This document shows, piece after piece, positions 54,382-64,000 of a stretch of 64,000 bases of DNA. The DNA is taken from contig OX597835.1 of assembly GCA_951406725.2 (NCBI GenBank), positions 18,228,001 through 18,292,000 on the forward strand, read 5' to 3'. The stretch is from Octopus vulgaris (Eukaryota). A program made the position numbers and the translations under genes. The first letter of the stretch is position 1, and every line of letters begins with the position of its first letter. Below the pieces are notes generated by a model. That model saw only the letters and a list, made by a program, of their open reading frames with translations, ran no database searches and was not told where the DNA came from.

Positions 54382-54682
54382 TGGAGACACATGGCCTAGT
54401 GGTTAGAGCAGCGGACTCGCGGTCGAGGGATCGCGGGTTCGAATCTCAGACCGGACGATGTGTGTGTTTTATGAGCGCAACACCTAAGCTCCACGCGGCT
54501 CCGGCAGAAGGTAATGGCGAAACTTCTGCTGACTCTTCCGCCACAACTTTCTCTCATTCTTTCCTCCTGCATCTTGCCGCTCACCTGCGACGGACCGGCG
54601 TTCCCTCCACGTGGGGAACCTATACGCCGGGAAACTGGGAAACCGGCCCTTGTGAGCCAACATGGCTCGAGAGGGAACAAAC
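54382..54682 (+). mobile_element. SINE with family C head/body and a different 3' tail
   Basis: Head as at 5528 and 52950; after 'acaactttctctca.tctt' it switches to cctgcgacggaccggcgttccc...ggctcgagagggaacaaac. Confidence 0.85.
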
Positions 54683-55006
54683 AGCATATACATGTATACG
54701 TTCTTTACTCTTTTAATTCTTTGTGATACTATTTGCTGTTATTCACTCCCTAACTTGACGGACGTATTACACAACAAGCCAGCCGATAGTAAAAATCTAT
54801 TGCGATATATATTTTTATCGTTGTTCCTGATGTGACGCAGACTGATAGGCCGAAACGTATGTTGTTGTACCTAATAAAGATGTAATACCGAGTCGATATC
54901 CAAAAGAAGTGTACTACGACTGCTGATGATAACAGTTCGATTAAATTGTAACGGTGCTCTACCCAACATTTAAAATCACTAATCGACTTATACATATTTG
55001 ATCAAA

Positions 55007-55860
<854 letters not shown>

Positions 55861-56984
55861 ATAATTATGTGTAAAAGCACATTATTACATACGTACAATA
55901 CTGTACATATTTTATTGTTTGAGTATGTTGAATTTTTTTGGGGGGTGGGTTTGAGTATATCTTCTGTGATCGAGAATGTCTTAGCTCAGTCAGCCTAATT
56001 TTGGCGCCATTAACAAGATTAAACTTTTCTGTTTCGCAAATTAGCGATTTAAGCAAATTAAAGAGTAAATTAATTATTTTGTAATTTGACAAAATGGAGA
56101 TAAATTAGTAGGCTAATTGCAGCTAAAATGAAGATGCACCAGCTGGGTGATCCGTTCTCTATTTCATACCTAAATTCTTTGAGTAGATAAAAAGTAGAGT
56201 CGTAAATATAAATATAGGGAGCTTGTGGGGCTAAGGTTTTAATTTTTAAATTTTTTCCCATAGCGTTAATGTGTAAAAAAAGTAGAGTAAAGTTTCTTTG
56301 CGGTCTCCCAGTTTCCATGATGTATATATTCCTTACCCGGGCGTGACGCTGGCCCTTCGCAGGGTTAGTCCTTTTCCTCAGCCTGACTGGAGCAACGTGA
56401 AATGAAACATTTTATTCAAGGACACAAAGTATCACCCGGTCTAGGAATCGAATACACAATCTTAACGGTGATGAGTACAGCACCCTTACCAACTTCAGTG
56501 AGTAGTTTCCTGAAAAGGTCCCATTTCCTGTGGAAAGCATTCGATACTCATTCGGTTCAGTTAAACCAATCCATCTTTTCACAAATCGAGATAATTTAAA
56601 TTATACCACAGCTTAACTCTGTTAACCTACGCTTTTGAGCTATATTACAGAAAATATGTTTCTCTCTGCATGTGATTTGAGAGAGAATAGGCTGTTATTT
56701 TAAGCAATCGAGCTGCCACATAAGACTCCTTTTGTTGGTTTATGCAGTTGTTGCTATTATTATTGTCGATATTTGTATTGATATTATTGCTGTTGTTTAA
56801 CTCCAGATTAATAAAAATGGTTTCAAACATTGGTAAAGATCTAGCAGCTTTTGAGCGAACACAGAAATCGTTTTGGTCTCATCATCTCCAGTCGACCCTC
56901 AAAAACTGAAAGGTAAATTCGGCCTCGGTGGACGAAATGATGTTAAGCTTATGGACCGGCGTGTTAACCATTCTACAATATGTA

Positions 56985-57172
56985 CAAGGCCTGGAACGTT
57001 TCGGGAGAGAACAATTCGATTACATTAAACCCTGTGTTCAACTGCTTTTATCGAAGGGATGAAAGCCAAAGTCGTCCCCGGCGGAATTTGAATACAGAAC
57101 GCAACGACAGACAAAATGGCGCTAAGCTTTTTGCCCGGCGTGTTAACGAATCTGACAGGACGTCTCCTTCGC
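56985..57172 (-). mobile_element. SINE family A, diverged
   Basis: ggatgaaagccaaagtcg..cggcggaatttgaa...gcccggcgtgttaacgaatctg. Confidence 0.8.
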
Positions 57173-57198
57173 CGACTTAATATCAAGGTAAGTTCTAT

Positions 57199-57405
57199 GG
57201 CGGCGAGCTGGTAGAATCGTTAGTCTGAAAGGCAAAATGTTTTTCGGCAATTCGTCCGTCTTTACGTTCTGGGTTCAAATGCCACTTAGGTCGATTTTGC
57301 CTTTCATTCTTTCGGGGTCGATGAAATAAGTAGCAGCGATCGATATAATCGACGTATGACATCTTCGGAATTTTCTGGGCTTGAGCCAAAATTTGAAACC
57401 AATAT
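57199..57405 (+). mobile_element. SINE family A, tail type b
   Basis: ggcggcgagctggtagaatcgttag...ggggtcgat...ccaaaatttgaaacc. Confidence 0.85.
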
Positions 57406-57943
57406 TAATTTATATCTTAAAATATACCTTATAAATCGCAAATATGTTTCCTAGGTATATACTGTACAAACATATTCAATGGTGGTATTGTGGAAGGGAA
57501 ATATGGGACAAGAGATATAATTTTGGTGAGAATGCCAAGAATGTTCCATAAAAATATGTATACCATAATTTTTTTGACAGGAAATTGTTATTATATAAAA
57601 CAGAAGATATAAAACATATGAGTAAAATTAGATGAAGTATAAGAAATTCTCAGTCAAAATTTTCTGTTCAGTTGTGTGTAATCCTACATAGTATAATAGG
57701 AAACAGCAACTAAATTGGCGTATAAAATAACATATATATCGTAAAATATGACATAATTATATGATATAAATATGAAATATTGATATCTAGAAGCGGTACC
57801 AGTTCGACGATCTCTATGAAAGCATTGACCGAATAGTTTAACCGGATTACTTGTTAGGTAATATGTTTTATTGATAACGGATGCTTGAAAGGCAAGATAT
57901 GAACTCAGAACTTAAAGGCTCGACGAAGAGCATACTTATCTAC

Positions 57944-58035
<92 letters not shown>

Positions 58036-59133
58036 AAGCGAGTGTCGCGTTGCTCTCAAGCAACTCTGCCGTCCTGGGTCAACCTTGAGTGACTCCATCA
58101 CAACCAAAGCATTCTATAGGGGATTAGTGGAGGGGAGGTACGACGACGAGCTTGGGGCGAACCTGGACCTCGACGAGGAATACCTGACTCGCCTGTTCGG
58201 GACGACTTTCGGGCCTGGGCCCATGGACAACTTCCAGAGATCCCTGGCCTGGCAGTGCTACCGAGAAGCGCTACCCGTTCGGGATAAGCTCTACAGACAC
58301 GGCTCAAGAAACACGGGGCCGACCTGCCCGAGATGCGGTCAGAGCGACGAAACCGTTCTGCACGCAATCGTGCAGTGTCCAACAATTTTCCATGGGCTTA
58401 TGTCGAACAACTGCTGTCACGTGTGGGACGAGTCGGTTTATCAGCTGAGTCTATCGTCAATATTGTCACGCCTCCTTCCTTCAAACGGGAAGGAAGAGCT
58501 ATTTTCATCATCCTTGTGGCTATGGCGAAGGAATGTATCTGGTGGACGCATCTGAAAGGATTGAAGACAAACACTTTCCTCTCTGGTCAACATCTCATCA
58601 ACTTCTGCAAGTACCACTTGAAAAGGAAAGTGAGAGTAGAAAGGCAAGTTTTGTCTAGCGAACGTTTTAAAAAAGATGGGTGAATGTAGCAAGGATGGCA
58701 CGTATGAATGACGAAGCCACCTTGAGCATAATCCTATGAACCCAGAAATTGAAAACAAATGTGGTAACATATAACAATATTGACCAAGGTTACCGGGGTC
58801 TTTTTCGTAGGCTTTTCTTCCCACGGATAAACCTTACTTGCTTTCCCCTTTACACCATACATCATGACACTGTGATACACGATCCCTATTGATCGTTTTC
58901 TTCCTCTCCCCCTTTTTTTATCTTTTTTCCCTTTTTTCTTTCTTTTGTTCTTCTCTTTTTTTTCTTCTTTTTTCCTTTTTTTCTTTTTTCTTCTATTTTT
59001 TTGTTCTTTTTTCCCTTTTACGATCCCTTTTGATCGAAAACCTACGCCACACTTTTTTTCCCCCCCAAAAGAAAAGCTCTACCTTTTAACTTGTCCCATC
59101 TGTGTGCAGCCCTGTGTGGCCAATAAAGAAACT
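58036..59133 (+). mobile_element. 5'-truncated Tx1/L1-clade LINE (zf-RVT C-terminus plus 3'UTR) inside (TATC)n
   Basis: FQRSLAWQCYREALPVRDKLYRHG...CPRCGQSDETVLHAIVQCP (CxxC..ET..H....C knuckle), frameshift near 58390, then AKECIWWT; T-rich UTR; (TATC)n on both sides. Confidence 0.88.
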
Positions 59134-59151
59134 TATCTATCTATCTATCTG

Positions 59152-59216
<65 letters not shown>

Positions 59217-59299
59217 TAGTCTATCCTCTCTCACTCTCTTTCTGTATACACACACACACCCAAAATATTGTATACATATATATATATGCACCGTGCACA

Positions 59300-59450
59300 C
59301 AATGGGAAGGCAGTATGTCTACCTTGGCCAAACGGCTGATTCATTCAAGATTAGTAATCGCCACCATCTCACTAGCGTCAAGAGAATCAGTGAGACATTC
59401 AACATCTTTGGCCGATTTTATAGGGCGAATGAAGGGACCTTAAATTAAGT
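59300..59450 (+). mobile_element. Short RTE-like RT remnant
   Basis: GRQYVYLGQ...VKRISETF resembles YVYLGQ...EI.RRI. Confidence 0.45.
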
Positions 59451-59870
59451 ATAACATCACTTGGTACATAGTAAGGCAGGCAAATTCATATATAATATCA
59501 TTTCCAGGTGATGCCATCTCTCTTCCGAGGGATCCATCTCTATTCTTTGAACCAATGATAACAGAATTTCTGAAAGACTCGCAAGATATTTATGTGCATA
59601 TAAATGTACGTTCGGGGAATATAGAAAAAGACGCCATACCCAGACTATTCGTAAATGAGTTTTCCTTGCCAGTCAATGAACGATAATATATTCGTGGTTT
59701 CGTGCCATTGTCATTGAAACCACTCGATTCCGGAGGCAACAGTGCTGTTATTACTGGAAAAAGTTAGCGAATGGATACAGAGACATAACAGGGTGAAATG
59801 GAGTTAGTCCCAATGAACGTAGCAGGAGCCCAGACCGACATGACCAGTCATATATATATATATGTATATG

Positions 59871-60100
59871 TATTGGATCATGCTATAAATAATGCGGGTT
59901 TTGTTTTCAATTAAATGAACCAAAAGTCGAATGGGAACGGGATAGACTGCCTGCATAAACTTGCTATGAAATCAGTTAGTAATTTTACCTTGAGCAAGGT
60001 TTGAAGATTGCAGTTTGATTTTAACAGTTATTTCTTCAAAGCTATAATAGAATTAACAAAGTTGCATATTCGGCGTATGTTGCTGTATGAGTTTAATATT
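59871..60100 (+). mobile_element. Mariner 5' fragment (TIR plus N-terminus)
   Basis: tattggatcatgctataaataatgcggg resembles the 19661 TIR; LHIRRMLLYEF. Confidence 0.7.
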
Positions 60101-60968
60101 CAGCTTTATGAGCATATTTTGCTTCATGAGATATATGTAAAATGACACACTCTAGCATGTAGGTTTAGGGTCCATATTTAATTCCAGATCCAATGTATGG
60201 TGTGAAATATATAAGAAGAGAAATGGATTCAGATTTTCTAGAGCCGTTACAGACGCGTTTCTTATTGACAAAAAGTCAATTATATCATGAAAGAAAAAAT
60301 GATTTCTTCTGGTGAAATAAAATTTAAATCGAAAATATAGCATTTAAGATTTGGCTGACAAAGAATATTTTGATGACTCCATCTTTGCGACGATCAAAAG
60401 CAAAATATTATTGACTCTGATATGTGAAGAAATAACTTAGAACTTTAACAATTTTTGATATGCCACACGTCTTACATCCATTTATCAGGCCATACAAATC
60501 ATTTTCACACAAGGCAGATCTGTTTCATGAATTACCGTCCTTGACATTATTGTTCCTGAAGGCGTTGATTAACGACTAATCACAGATAGAAATAATGACA
60601 CTGATGTATAAAGACTGGGGAAGAAAATGATTATTACTCATTTTCCCAGAAACAGCAAGGTAAAGGAAAACATAAAGCAAGTTGCTTATATCTCTATTGT
60701 AAATGCGCAACCTACGTTGCTAATGTTCACAAATATCCGTTATAACATGTAATATATACGCTCATCACTAGCGTTACAGAAGAAAAGTGTTTATAAACAA
60801 TCTTACTATAAACGTAAGGGAGGTTTCATAATCTAATATCCACTTAACCATTAAATTACGAGATATATAGAAATCAAGAAATGAGATATTTTCATGAACG
60901 CAATATTTGCGTAAAGTATGCGCTCATTTCCTTCATCCCTTCCCTTCACATTTAATCTATATCCCTCT

Positions 60969-60970
<2 letters not shown>

Positions 60971-61045
<75 letters not shown>

Positions 61046-61057
61046 CACGTCTATATG

Positions 61058-61137
<80 letters not shown>

Positions 61138-61148
61138 CATATGTATAC

Positions 61149-61229
<81 letters not shown>

Positions 61230-61292
61230 GACGTGCATACACATATATATGTATATATATATATATATATACTTATATATAAACGTGCATAC

Positions 61293-61345
<53 letters not shown>
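60971..61345. repeat. Long interrupted (TA)n microsatellite
   Basis: Direct reading. Confidence 0.95.
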
Positions 61346-61352
<7 letters not shown>

Positions 61353-61797
61353 ATATAATTTGTGTATACAAATATATCTATGCCCGTGCGTGTGCATTAT
61401 TATGGCGAGCACAAAAAAGCAAAGCATTGGGAAACATAGCTACTCGGGTTTTCATGACGAAATTATTAATATATTCCGCCATTTATGAAGCTGATAAAAG
61501 CGGGAAAACGGTTTAGTAATTGCGTTTGATGCAACTGACGTTTGAATGAGCACGCGCATTTAGGAAATCAAGTGGAGATAATTTACTGCATGAGTTATAT
61601 AATCGGTGTCTTATAAGTGTCAAAAACTTACATAAACCAACAGTGGAAAGGGTTATGATGCGTCCGATCACTTATCCTAAATTCACGATGTATTTCAGAA
61701 AATCTGGATGTGAAGACGAAATCTCCCTCCGGGTATATCTAAGGTCGCTGAAGATTCTTTACTTCTGTCGCCGTCCTTTGTGTCTGTCTCTGTCTTG

Positions 61798-62140
61798 TTA
61801 GGGCAGCAGACTCGCGGTCATAGGATCGCGGTTTCGATTCACAGACCGGGCGTTGTGAGTGTTTATTGAGCGAAAAGGGCCCAAAGCTCTACGAGGCTCC
61901 GAAAGAGGATGGTAGCTAAACATGCTATACTCTTTCACCAAAATGTTCTCTTCCTGTTGATGTTGTATCTGTAATTCAAAGGGCCAGCCTTGTCACACTC
62001 TGTGTCACGCTGAATATCCCTGAGAACTACGTTAAGGGTACACGTGCCTGTGGAGTGCTCGGCCACTTGCACGTTAAGTTCACGAGCAGGCTCTTCCGTT
62101 GATCGGATCAACTGAAACCCACGTCGTCATGAGCGACGGT
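61798..62140 (+). mobile_element. SINE family C
   Basis: Aligns with 5550-5905. Confidence 0.9.
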
Positions 62141-62164
62141 ATCCCATCTCTCACTCTGTCTGAC

Positions 62165-62195
<31 letters not shown>

Positions 62196-62380
62196 ATATA
62201 TATGTATATAGATACACACACACACATACACACACACACATATATATATAGATATACATATACATACATATATAAAGAGAGCTCTTTTCGTGTTTGATTT
62301 GTTATTGTGCCTTTTAAATAATGTTTATCTCTCACTACATTGAGTACTTTTTTGTTGGATTTTCTATCACAGTACAGTAC

Positions 62381-62428
<48 letters not shown>

Positions 62429-62471
62429 AGGGGTATGTGTGTGTGTGTGTGTGTGATGCATTTAGTGGCGT

Positions 62472-62505
<34 letters not shown>

Positions 62506-62544
62506 TGAGAGAGAGAGAGATTGTGTGTGTGTGTGTATATAGGT

Positions 62545-62885
62545 CGAGCGTAACTGCGTGGTAAGAAGCATTCTTCCCAACGACAGTTTCAGGTCCATAC
62601 CTAGTGTGTGGCACATTGGGTAAGTATATTCCACTATAATCTCTGGGCCACCAAAGCTTTGAGAGTGGGAGAGGTAGACGGATCCTGAAAGATGGCAATT
62701 GCGCTTGACAGCCGGTTTCGGTATGTTTACATCACCGTACCTTTGCAGTTCGACAAAATAAAATCATTGAAGAAGGACGCCCCGTATAAAAGTACAGGTT
62801 TCGATTCATTTGATTTCAAGCCAAACGATCGTCAAGCTGGTACTCCAGGATGGTCGCTCTCTAATGACTGAAAGAAAGAAAAGAC
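62545..62885 (+). mobile_element. SINE family B, old copy lacking the internal microsatellite
   Basis: gtggtaagaagc...ctgaaaga-tggcaatt-gcgcttgacagccg...ctccaggatggtcgc..aatgactgaaa. Confidence 0.75.
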
Positions 62886-62905
62886 AACAGATATACATAC
62901 ATACA

Positions 62906-62944
<39 letters not shown>

Positions 62945-63512
62945 GGAGAGAGTGAAGGAGAAAGAGAGTGAGTGTGTTATGTGCATGACATAGACCGAGA
63001 ATTCAACGCTTACTTTCATAGAAGTATAGAAACCTATACAGGATATTTATGTATTCAAGGCAATCACATGACTACCCTACTTCGGAATATGGACGTCATT
63101 AAAAAGATCGCATATTATATTAAAAAAAAGGAGATTGGTTTCTGTAATTTTGAGAGTATTCTTAAAATTACCCTCACGAATATTCTGTTGAAAATACTGA
63201 GGCTGCATTATATAATCTTTCGTCGGTATATTTATTATACGTCTTCACATAATCAGAACTTGTTTAAGAATGCATTATTTTGTTTGATTGTCATGTATAC
63301 CTTATAAACCTACGTAAGATATGAGAGAAAATGTCATGAGAAAACATATAGTTGCAGCTTCAGTAGCTAGTGGACCTAAATATTTAAATTATCATATATT
63401 CTTAAGCTCATAAATCTAGGCATCTGCCCAGTACGGAATTGTAAATCGGATTGTTTTATGAAAGGAAAGTCTGGTTGACCAGTTAAATCACATGGTTCTA
63501 TATCATCATCAG

Positions 63513-63976
<464 letters not shown>

Positions 63977-64000
63977 GTATATATATATATATATATATAT

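Noticed and set aside
57881-58683. Host gene exon
   Set aside because: It has a LINE zinc-knuckle motif, a frameshift, and a 3'UTR repeated three more times in the window.

Overview
AT-rich animal genomic DNA saturated with microsatellites. It is most likely from an octopus (coleoid cephalopod); this is inferred from the tRNA-headed SINE families and the (TA)n/(TATG)n/(TATC)n/(AAT)n density. I could not support any host protein-coding gene. Almost all ORFs in the track are microsatellite read-through artefacts. The window is a mosaic of transposon pieces: several tRNA-derived SINE families with swapped domains, a young 5'-truncated CR1-type LINE, R4/Dong-type LINE fragments, a Tx1/L1-type LINE with four copies, Penelope-like remnants with hammerhead-like terminal modules, mariner relics, two MITEs, a non-autonomous Helitron and a decayed 3xC2H2 zinc-finger tail. 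The most interesting pattern is that retroelement families appear to partition among microsatellites: the Tx1-like LINE sits in (TATC)n, Dong-like elements in (AAT)n, and CR1, Penelope and Helitron in (TA)n. One SINE subfamily also carries a 3' tail resembling that of the (TATC)n-associated LINE. All calls are made by eye, and boundaries of degraded elements are approximate.
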